A stretch of DNA of 33,941 bases, from the IMG/VR virus record IMGVR_UViG_3300017761_003935, positions 1 to 33,941 of that record; one strand, given 5' to 3'. Numbering within the stretch: position 1 is the stretch's first letter; every line of letters begins with the position of its first letter. Origin of the DNA: a virus (lineage: Duplodnaviria; Caudoviricetes). Below the pieces are notes generated by a model. The model had not been told where the DNA came from. It did no database searches and worked only from the letters and a program-made list of their open reading frames with translations. A program made the translations under genes and the position numbers. Below, in pieces: positions 17,375 to 27,700 of the stretch.

Positions 17375-18745
17375 ATGAACCTTCCAGAATACATTCAGAA
17401 TGGTCTACAGGCTGGTGTTGCCATGGCCGGCCAGATGCCGCAGTCCAGTATGGGAGCACTGTCTGGCATCGAAGAAGGCGACATCCCGCCAGAGACGAAG
17501 AAGTTCGTAGAGCGCGCAGATCAAGATTCGTCCATTTATGAACCAAGCCCGATGGTTTCCGGACCAACCTCGTTTCAGCGCGCTATTGCGGGCATTGAAA
17601 CGGGCGACTATCAGGGTCTCGAGATGCTGGAATTTGGGTCTGCTCGAGGCCAGCCGGCGGTAGCGTTCAAGGACGAGGATGGACAGCGGCAGGTGATCAA
17701 GGTCACCATGCCGCAATGGATGGCAATGATGGAGATGCGTTCTCGTGGCCGCAAGCAATTGCAGGACGCCGTGAAACTCGATGCCACCAAGAAGGCGCTG
17801 AAGCCGCAGTTCGACAGTCTGTCCCGAATGGCCCCTGGCTATGAGGATCCAGTGGTCAAGCAGGCATACTCCGACCTGTATGAATTGGCTCCACAAGACG
17901 CCATCAAGATTCTTGGAGGAAGCGTCGGAAAGACTGCTGGCGACGCGATTTATCGCGGCCGCGCAGTTACTGACGCCGAGGGCAAGGCGTTTACTGCGCT
18001 CGACAAGCGCATGTACGACAATCGCGCTGCGCGCCTAGATGGGCTGGTCCAATCGACCAACGACACCGCAACTCGCCAAGGCGTCGGCATGCTTCGGAAT
18101 CTGATTCGTCCTCCGGAAGCATCGTCGATGCCCCCGGATATGACCGTGCTCGATTGGATTCAGCAGAGCGGAATGGGTCCGCTGTCCGTCGCCAATCTGA
18201 TCCAGCAAATGACCATGGTCAACGGGATGCCGAGCGTGTCAAAGCCGGTCATCCCGCCAGTTCGAGATGCGTCTGGTGAGTACAACCCGAATCAGTTGAT
18301 GCAGTTCTCGTCGCAGTTCAACAACGTGGTTGCCAACGATTTGGGCTGGGCTCCGATCGATCTCCGAAACGAAATGCACCTAGACTCGATGATCCGTGCA
18401 TTGGATCAGTACAACGGTCAGCCTCCTGCCGCTCGGGCTGGGATCCAGCCGACCGTGCAGCCGCGACCGCAGGTGGACCGATATGCGATGCCGGAATCGC
18501 AGTCCAGAGCCACGGCTGCTGGAGATGATGCCGCAATGATTCTTGAGCGGTATATGGGTGATGCGGTAAAAGGTCAGCAGTTCGACTCTCCAGACGAAAG
18601 GCAGTACCAAATGGGCCGCATGATGATTGCCGCATACAAGGAAAATCAGCGCCGCCAAAAGGCGAATGAGCCGCCACTCGACTACCCGCCAAAGGAGGTC
18701 GTTGATCGCTTCTACGCCCTGCTCCAGGCGGGGTCCGCCAAGTGA
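17375..18745 (+). CDS. internal virion/ejection protein 3 (hypothetical)
   Basis: 456 aa from ATG 17375, 1 nt after the previous stop; GTGA overlap with the giant gene. Confidence 0.65.
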   Translation: MNLPEYIQNGLQAGVAMAGQMPQSSMGALSGIEEGDIPPETKKFVERADQDSSIYEPSPMVSGPTSFQRAIAGIETGDYQGLEMLEFGSARGQPAVAFKDEDGQRQVIKVTMPQWMAMMEMRSRGRKQLQDAVKLDATKKALKPQFDSLSRMAPGYEDPVVKQAYSDLYELAPQDAIKILGGSVGKTAGDAIYRGRAVTDAEGKAFTALDKRMYDNRAARLDGLVQSTNDTATRQGVGMLRNLIRPPEASSMPPDMTVLDWIQQSGMGPLSVANLIQQMTMVNGMPSVSKPVIPPVRDASGEYNPNQLMQFSSQFNNVVANDLGWAPIDLRNEMHLDSMIRALDQYNGQPPAARAGIQPTVQPRPQVDRYAMPESQSRATAAGDDAAMILERYMGDAVKGQQFDSPDERQYQMGRMMIAAYKENQRRQKANEPPLDYPPKEVVDRFYALLQAGSAK

Positions 18746-21700
18746 GCCAGTTCTCAAACGCATTCGATCGCCTGCGATCGGAGTTGGATGTTGAGCCGAA
18801 GAGCGATCCGATGGAGCGCCTGCGTCGCGATATGCGCCTAGAAGAGTCGCCTGGCTATCGGTCTGAAACCGAACAGTCTGCCAGATCCGTCGGTGCATTG
18901 GGCATGGCATCGTTGCAGGAACTGGCGTCCATGGCCTTTACTGGTCCGGGGCGTGTCGGCACGCCGCCGATTGCCACCGCGACCATTCTCACGGAGACGT
19001 TTGGCAAGGAAGATCTGACTCCGGAGCAGCGATCAGAGCGCGCGCAAATGTCTGAAGGCATGATGGCTCGCGCTGCGGAAGAGGGCGGGACGCTGGAGCA
19101 ATTGAAGTATGGTGCCATCAAGGCCGGCGCTGGAAAGGTTGCTTCGACGGCTCGCGGCGTTGCGCTGCTGACGCCACTTCCATTCGGCGCGCGAGATACG
19201 TTCGAGGCTGCCGCAGTCGGTATGCAGGAGGCCGCGACGCCAACCCTTGACACTGTGCCAGTCAAGATAGCGGAAGCCACCACGCAGGGCGTCATAAGTC
19301 TCGGAACCTTTATTGCTGCACCTTGGCTGATGGGCGGGCAGATGTTCCTTGAAGGCGCTGGCGGAGGCGTGGCGCAGTACGAGGCGCAGAGAATCGAAGA
19401 AGGCGGCGCTCGCACGGAAGCCGGCCGAATCATGTACGGCCTGGCTGCTGGTGGCGTAGAGGCTGCTACCGAAACTCTTGGAAACGTGGTTGGTGCGAAG
19501 ATCGCGAAGTCCACGGTTGGAAAACTGCTGGATCCACGGACGTATTACCGCGAGGCATTGGCGGCGAAGAAGATCACCGCAGCGCAGTTCGCACAGGAAA
19601 TGCAAAGGCTTGGACCGGAGGCCCCGCTGTGGCAGGTCGGAAAGGGCTTGGCCGCAGCGTATTCGACAGAGTTCGCGGAGGAGGCTGGTGCGGAACTGGG
19701 CGGCGAAGGCATTGCTCGCATCAGCGGGTTCCGGGGACGCGATGCCGCGACGCTTGCTCTCGACACAATTGAGTCGGGCGTGTACGGCGGTCTTGGTGGT
19801 CTTGGCGGACAGGGCGTTGCGATGCCCGTGTTTGCGCTACAGGCTGCTGGAGAACGTGGGGACAAGCGCGCGAAGATCGTCTCCTACCTGAAGAACACGG
19901 AATACGAAGATCCCGAAATCTGGACAAAGATCGCCCCATCCAAGATTGCGGCGATGCGTTCAATGACTCCAGACGAACAGGTTGCCGAAGTTGAATCGAG
20001 TCGCCAGGCTGCACTGACTGCGCGAGCCGACCTTGGAATGTCTCTGGCACAGCGCGCAGACATGGAGCGCAAGCGTGTTGAGTTGGCACAAAAACTCGCA
20101 GCAGCACGCAAGCGAAAGTCTGCGGATGCTGTCACGAAACTGGAATCACAGATCGGAGAAGTGCAGACGCGACTGGATGCGCTCGAGCAAGCCACATCAG
20201 TCTTGGCCGCAGACGCCACTGCTGCTGAAACTGCGTACCTTGCTGCCGCCGCCTTCGGCGCTAGCAATGCGCCACAGGCTGCACCGTTGCCGCTTGATGA
20301 TGTGCTTGCAAACCACAACGCGACGTCGGTCAATCCGTCCACGGAATCTGATAAGGCTGCCCTTACCGAACTGACGAATCTTGGATACAACGTCGTGTTC
20401 TACACGGGCGGAGATTCGGATCAGCAGGATGCGTTCTACGATCCGACATCTCCAAACACACTGTTCATTCGCGCCGGGCAGACGTCTGCGGCGAGGGCGA
20501 TCAGCCTCGGATACGAAGAAGCGATTCACGCTATCCAGTTCACCGACGCGGCATTGTGGTCGAAGTTGCGAAAGATGTTCGACGAGCAATCGGTGATCGA
20601 TGCGGCCGTCGAATACTTCCAAGATCAGACATCGGCTGTTGACGTCGCAGCGCAACGCGCAGCCATGCAGGCCATGGCTCGTCCAGAGGGTCCACAGCAG
20701 CCCGCCGCGCTCGCGCAGTTGCGAGCCGGCCAGGCACTTGTCGAGGCCGAAGGTACGGCGAACGAACTGCGCGCTGGCGTGCAGGCGATGTTCCAGACGG
20801 GAAAGGCTCCTGGCCTACTTGGAAGGATCATTACCCGCATGGGTCTGCGGGGCCAGCAAGCGGCCACGGCATTGCGAGTGCGTTCAGAAATTATCGCGTC
20901 GGCCAAGCGTCGATCGACGCCGCAGCAAACGGAACTTGGGCAGCGAGTGCGCGAGGCGTTCGCAGTCATCCGATCTCGCGAACAACTTGACGCGGATGCA
21001 AAGGCCGCAGTGCAGGCAAAGCAGGCCGCACAGGCTGCTGCACAGGCAGCGCCGGCAGCGCCGGCAGCGACGGCAGCCGCACCAGCAGCAACTACGACAG
21101 CACCAGCACCCGCTACGGCGACCGCGACCACTACGACCACGGCCCCGGCTCCGGCACCATCCGCCGCGCCTGCGCCGGCCACGCCTGCACGCTCCGCGAA
21201 TTTCCTCGAGAGCGTCAATGACGCGCTGGGTCAGATCCGCAGTAAGTCTCCAGACTTTGCACTGGGAGTAGACGCCTACTCCATCGTTGAGAAATTGCAA
21301 AAGCCCGAGACCGCGCAGACTCTGACCCAGCGAGAACGAAAGATCGGCGAGCGCATTCAGCGCATGCTGGTCAAGAGGTTTGGTGAGGACGTCACGAGCC
21401 TTTGGGCCAAGCGGCCGCCGCGCCTGTATCCGGAATTGGCGGCACTGAATAACCGATATGAATCGGGTATTGGTGGCGACTACATGACGGCGGAAGATCT
21501 CGCGGATGAGATCGAGGGCCTTGACGATTCTGGTGCAGCCATTCCTCCGGCTGTCCTAGACGCCGTCAAGGCGTATCGCACGGCTCGTGGTGAAGAGTCT
21601 GGTGAGTTCGGTGAACGTGGCGGAACGGATGTGGATGCGGCGGACGCCCTCGAGCAGGCGGTAGCCGAGGCATCTAGCGAGCGCGCGGAGCCAATTGAAC

Positions 21701-24700
21701 CACCAGCACCAGCGACCGCCGTGACGCTAGAGGCACGAAAGCCACGTCAGCAGAAGACCGTAGACCTCATGGAGGCGGATCCTGTTTCAGCACGCGAATC
21801 CCTAGGTCTCGTCGGACAAATTCCACTGACGAAGTCCGGGACTCCGACCAAGGCTGGCGCGAATAAGACTCGAGATGTGGGACTCGCATTGTCCCGCCGC
21901 ACGGTTCGTGCCGGCATGCAAATTGGTCGCAAGGATTATTCGGATCGCGCTGCTAACACACTGGCTTCATCTCTTGCAAGTGAAGTCGAATATCACCTGA
22001 CCAACTCTGCCGAATCTGGAACTGGCGAAGGGTGGTACAGCACCAACTGGCCGAATGCGGTCTCGCGCTTGGCCGCATATTTCCCAGAACTTGTCGCGGC
22101 AAATAAGGCGCGAAAGGCACAGGCTTCAGCCAGGCAGTATCGCGCAGTCTTGACGGCCTTCATTGCCATCTACTCGAATGGCGAAAAGGTGTCGATCAAC
22201 CTAAACAACGCCATTGCTGCATATGGCAAGTGGCGGTCTGGTAAAGCGCCAAGTTCGATCAACATTGGTTCGCGCCGGGATATGGAGTCCGGGCTTGCTG
22301 CAATCGAGGAAGTGCTCTCGCAGTTCGGAATGGAAGGATTTGAATCCCACTTGCGTGAGACGATGACCGTCCGAGAGATCAACAAGGCGCTTCGCGAAAA
22401 GGGCGAAGATGCCATGTCCGACTACCCGGCAGACGCCACGCTTCCGCTCGCCGCGTTCTATTTCGGAGCAAAACTTGGCGCGTTCTATGCCAACCTGATG
22501 GGCGACGCCGGCTATCTGACCATGGATCTGTGGTGGTGCAGAACCTTCAACCGTATGCGTGGGCAGTTGAAGACCACCATTTCGCCGCAGCAACTCGAAG
22601 CCTATCGAAAGAAGATGGGTCTCCCATCGGCCATGTCTCGCGCGGCGATTTTGAAGCGATCGGACGAAGCGCGGAAGCCGTATGAGGCTCGCAATTTCCA
22701 GTCTCGACTCGAACAGATCATGGGTCGCAAGGCGGGCAAGAATGCCAAGGAACGCGCCAAATTCGAGAAGGATGCAAAGGCCAAACTCGGATCGAAGTTT
22801 GTCGCGCTATTCCGCGAGCATTCACGAGAGAAGGCAAGCAACACGATTGCGAAGAATGCTTTCGACCAAATGGAAGAAGCGCCGTTCGGTGCTGCCGACC
22901 GGGCATTTATGATCGACGTGGTTCGCCGCGTTCAGGGTATTCTTGAAGAGCGCGGACTGGAACTGACCATTGCCGACATTCAGGCAGCAGCCTGGTACTA
23001 CGAAAAGGATCTCTATGCAAAACTCACAGGCAAGTCAGGCGAGCGAATCGGATATGCAGAAGGAGTCGATGCGTGGATTGCCGAGCGCAAGCGTCACGGA
23101 AATCGTCCCTTCGGACGGCTTGTTCGCGGCATGGCGCAGGGCGTTCAGCAACCTTCCGCCAAAGGAGCGAGCGAAGCAGATGGTCGAGTTGATGAAGGGC
23201 GCTCTGTCCGCCCGGAACAGCGCCGCACCCTCCTCGCCCTCGACGCCCGCCGAGTAAGTCACGAGGCACGTCCACAACTCCCAGTCGGCTTCTACTCCGC
23301 CCTGATTCGCGGCGTCGATTCTCTCGTTGCCAATTCGATGTCTGCTGATGGATGGAAGCAGCAGATCAAAATGCTGACGAATAGGGGGCTCGTGAAGCAG
23401 ACTGAAGTCGAATGGTCTGGCATCAATGAGTGGCTAGACACCCAGCCTGGAAAGGTCGAGAAGGCCACGGTCGCAGAATGGCTTGCGGAGAATGGGGTGT
23501 CGGTTCAGGTTCTTCGATTCACGGACAAGGCTCGGAGACCAAACCTCGTAAAACGATATTCCGAATACGTTCGCGAGACTTACGTAGATGAGGATGGTGT
23601 TGAGCAAGAGGGAACCCTCGAACATGTAACAACACTGTACGACGAGAACACAGACCATCAGTTTGAAATCTTCCATGACGAGGATGCTGGCAATGTCCGT
23701 GTTGTTGTTGACGGAGTTGAGCACCTTGAAGTCAAGGCGAAACTGAACAACCAGCGGTATGAAGACGCCATGATGGCGATCACGGAATTCCTTACAAAAA
23801 CACCGAAGGGATTCGATGGCAGGGCCGGCTTTGAGGAGTACAGAATTCGTGGGGCTGGAAGTATTCAGAAGGCCAACTACAGAGAACTTACTGCCTCACT
23901 TCCAGATGTCTACGCAAATCGCGCTGTGGTAGAGCCCTATATCTACGAGCAGCATATGCTGTATAAGCGCGATGCAGATATCAATCGCCTGTATCACATC
24001 CGAATGGAAGACCGTCAATCCACTGACGGCAAGAAGATTCTGTTCGTGATCGAGATTCAAAGCGACTGGGCGCAGAACATCAGGCGTGGCGAACGAATGG
24101 AAGGTGGCGCGCGCGCCGACGTCTACGATCGATTCCGAATTGTCGATATTGACACGAAGCAGGTCGTGTCTCGGCATGCGACTGACAAAGACGCTCAAGA
24201 AGAATTCGCCCGTAGGGGTTACGGCGAGTTGGATAATCTGAAATATCGCGTTGAAGAATTCCCGCCCGATGCTCCGTTTGTCGGAACAACCGATGCCTGG
24301 CTTGCGCTTGCACTCAAGCAGATTCTGCTGGAGGCCAAGGACGGTGGCTATGACATGATTGCATTTGCCAAGGGCAATCAGGTCAACAACATGTTTGGCA
24401 GCGTTATGTCTGGCGCTCGAGGCAATGGAAACCTCAAGTTCTATGACGAGATTTTGCCAGCCGCCATCTCCAAGTTGATGAAGAAGATGGGTGGACCAGC
24501 GTTGTCAAAGGTCCAGATCAAGGGCGCGAAGGGAACGCAGGACGTTCGCTTTGACTTCAATGATCCAATCGATGTCGAGGACTTTCTTACAAATGTTGGG
24601 GCAGAGGGCCTGGAAGATCGCGACTATGGAAGAGATGTTGAAGATCGTGATGGCACGCGCGTTATCGCAACACTCGACTATGTGGATGTTGGACTGTTCA

Positions 24701-27700
24701 AGGAGTTGGCAGAAGACGCCAACGGAGAGTTGACGGTTGTGAAAACATATCCGAGTGAGGCCACCCAACCATCTCTGGAACTGACTCCAAAGTTGCAAGA
24801 GACATTGCAGGCCCCCATTGCACTGTTTGCTCGCAAGCCAAAGCGCCAGGAATCCATGGCGTATGGGATTGGACGCCGCTCCGGCCAAGTCGCCGGCGTG
24901 ATGCGCGGCCGCAAGGAAGGCATGCGCGAGCAGCAGGATCGCGAGCGCGTGAAGCAGGTATCGGAACGACGGAACATGCGTGCCAAATTCAAGCAACGGC
25001 TTGAAGATGTCATGGAGCGCATTCGCCGCGACGCCGATCGAATCGGTGATCTTCGCGACAGGCTCGACGCGGCAGATCGCGCGGCTCGTGCGGACAAGGT
25101 TGAACTCGCGGAGCGCATGGATCAGCAGACCCTGCTGGCATGGTTCTCCGGCATGCAGAAGGGCAATGTCGCCGGCTACAACCAAGCCAAGAAGGACATG
25201 GAGCAGATTCGACGCGAGGTCGTTTCGATCATCGCCATGCTGCCACAGAGCATGCGCGGCTCCTACAACCTAGCGATTGCGACAATGAAGCAGTCGGATG
25301 CTGGAGTTCTCAAGATCTCCCAGCAGGTTGTGCGCGACCTGGCTACAGCCGATGCGATTGATGTCGTGAATCAGATCGTCCGAACTCGCAAGCGAGTCAA
25401 GAAGGCTGGCATGCGAAACGAGACGCGAGCATCCATCGATGCGAATCTTGATGCGGCACAGGCAATGCTGACGAGCGCGGGTCGCCGGCTGAAAGAATTC
25501 ACCACGTCCGCAGATCTTGTGCAGCGGACCAATGCAGCCAACGCATTGCTCGAGCAGGCATTCGATGACTATGACATCGAGCGTCGTGAGTACCGCGAAG
25601 GACGAACGGAGATGGCGGAAGTCGCCGCGCAGGATGCTGCCCAGTTTGCCGACACGATGGATGGGGTGGCTGGCCTTCCCGCCGAGCCGCTTGCAGAGCG
25701 TGCTCCGCAGCGCACGATTCCGCAGCAGGTAGCGATCCGCAACGCCGATGCATACACCCTCATGGAGAAACTTGAGGGATCGCAATCCGGGATCATGGGA
25801 AAGATCTGGGACACCTTGGCAGCAGCCAAGGACACCATGTTCAAGGCCCGCAGAGAGATCGACCGATCGATCGAGGCGGCCCTTCGTGCCGCTGGATATG
25901 CAGGGTATGACGGGTATGCGGCTCGCGCCGCCGGCCTGTATGGTGATGCGTCAGCCGAGACCACGGTTGTCCGCATGGCTGGTCAGGACGTGACCATGTC
26001 GGTGGACAAGATGCTCAACTTGGCGGCGCTTGATCCGGATACGGTTTCGACGTTGACCGACGAGCAGAATCCCGATCAGCCAGGCAGCGGGATCGTGTTC
26101 GATACGAACCGCCAGGCGACGCCGATCAAGTTTACCCAGCAGGAACACGCCGCCTTGGTGGCAAGCCTGACTCCGCAGCAAAAGCAACTGATCGACGAGA
26201 TGAAGAACATCCTCGAACAGCGCATCCGACCGGATGTGTTCGAGATTCATTTCCAGCAGCACGGACGTCAGCCCCCGATCGTCGATCGGTACTTCCCACG
26301 ATATCGCCTCGGAACCGAGGTGCAGGAACTGGGGATCGATTCGGTCAACATGCAGCCGGGGCAGGTGGTACAGACCATGCTGTCCAATGCGGGGTTCCTG
26401 AACAAGCGCGTGCAGTCACGCGCATCGCTGGTCATCAGCGGACTGATTCGCGTGATGGACTCGCACGTGGATGAATCGCTTCGCGTCATCCATCTGTCGC
26501 TCGCACTTCGGTACGCGCTGACGGTGATGCGATCTGCTGGCGTGCGCGCGAATATCGAACGGATCCTTGGAGACAAGGGAACAGACCTCATCCGCAAGAT
26601 GCTCTTGAATGGAGTCGGCCTATCAGGCAAGCCGGTCGGAGACATCGTCGAGAACATCAACGCAAACATCGCGGGTGCGAACCTGACGATCAACCCGAAG
26701 ACTTGGCTGCGGCAGTTGGGTGGCATCGCTCGCCTGTACACCGAGATGAGTACTGCGGCCTTCGCGGCCGGGATGGCTTCGGTCACCACCATGACTCCCG
26801 GGACACGGGCGGAGATGGCGCGTCGGGTCGAGGAAGCGAATGGTTACTTCTACGAACGCCACCGTCGCAGCCAGGTCGGTATTTTCGCGAACGTACTTGG
26901 CGATCCTCGCCAAGGAACGGAGCAGTGGTCGAATGCTTTGGCTGCTGTGGGCCGCGCATTCGCTACAGCCGGCAACGATCTCGCGGCTGGGCGATTCGCT
27001 CGAGCGTCTCGAGACGCACGCCAGGGCGCAAGCGCATTCACGCGAATCATCCGAAGTGCGGACATGTTCCTGCGGACCGTTGACAGGCAGGTGATGTTGG
27101 CTGCATTCGCTGGATACCGTTCGGAACTGTCGCGCACGAATCCGAGCATGACCAGTGACGAGTTGGATATGGCTGCGGCGAAGATGGCCGAGGCCGCATT
27201 CCGCAGAACACAGAACGTGTCCGATCCGTTGGATGACACAGTTCTTGCAGCCGAAGGAAAGTTCGATAGGGGGATCACGCGCTTCCTGTTCCCATACTCG
27301 AGCGATCCACTGAAGGGGCACAACCAATTGCGTCGCGCTTTCTCGAGCCGCGACCCAGAGAAGATTGCGAAGGCGACCGCCGGCGTCGGCATGAACATGC
27401 TGTGGAGTGCCGCCGTCAATCCGGCGTGGGCTGCTGCATTCGCAGGATTGTCTGCCCTGCTGGGCGGAGACGATGACGAGGATGAGAAGGCGATCGCGGC
27501 GATCCTCACCGAGCGCGAAATGAAGCGCATCGTTGCGCGCATCAGTGCAGAAACAGCAGCCCAGGCTTTGGGGTATCCCGGCACGTTCGCGAACGAGGTG
27601 TTGAATGCGGCGCTGCTTGGATTCAGTGGGGCAGCAGAAGGAGTCGGCGAGCCCTTGGTGATTGCATCGATGGGTGAATTGGCACGCAGCCTGGTCGAGG

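Noticed and set aside
21001-21195. Repetitive GC-rich tract as a DNA repeat element
   Set aside because: Encodes an Ala/Pro/Thr linker with varied codons; it is a protein-level low-complexity region.
24491-24733. Second possible nested +1 ORF in the giant gene
   Set aside because: The main frame here looks like a folded acidic insert, and the Met-rich +1 frame follows from GAT codons; no good RBS.
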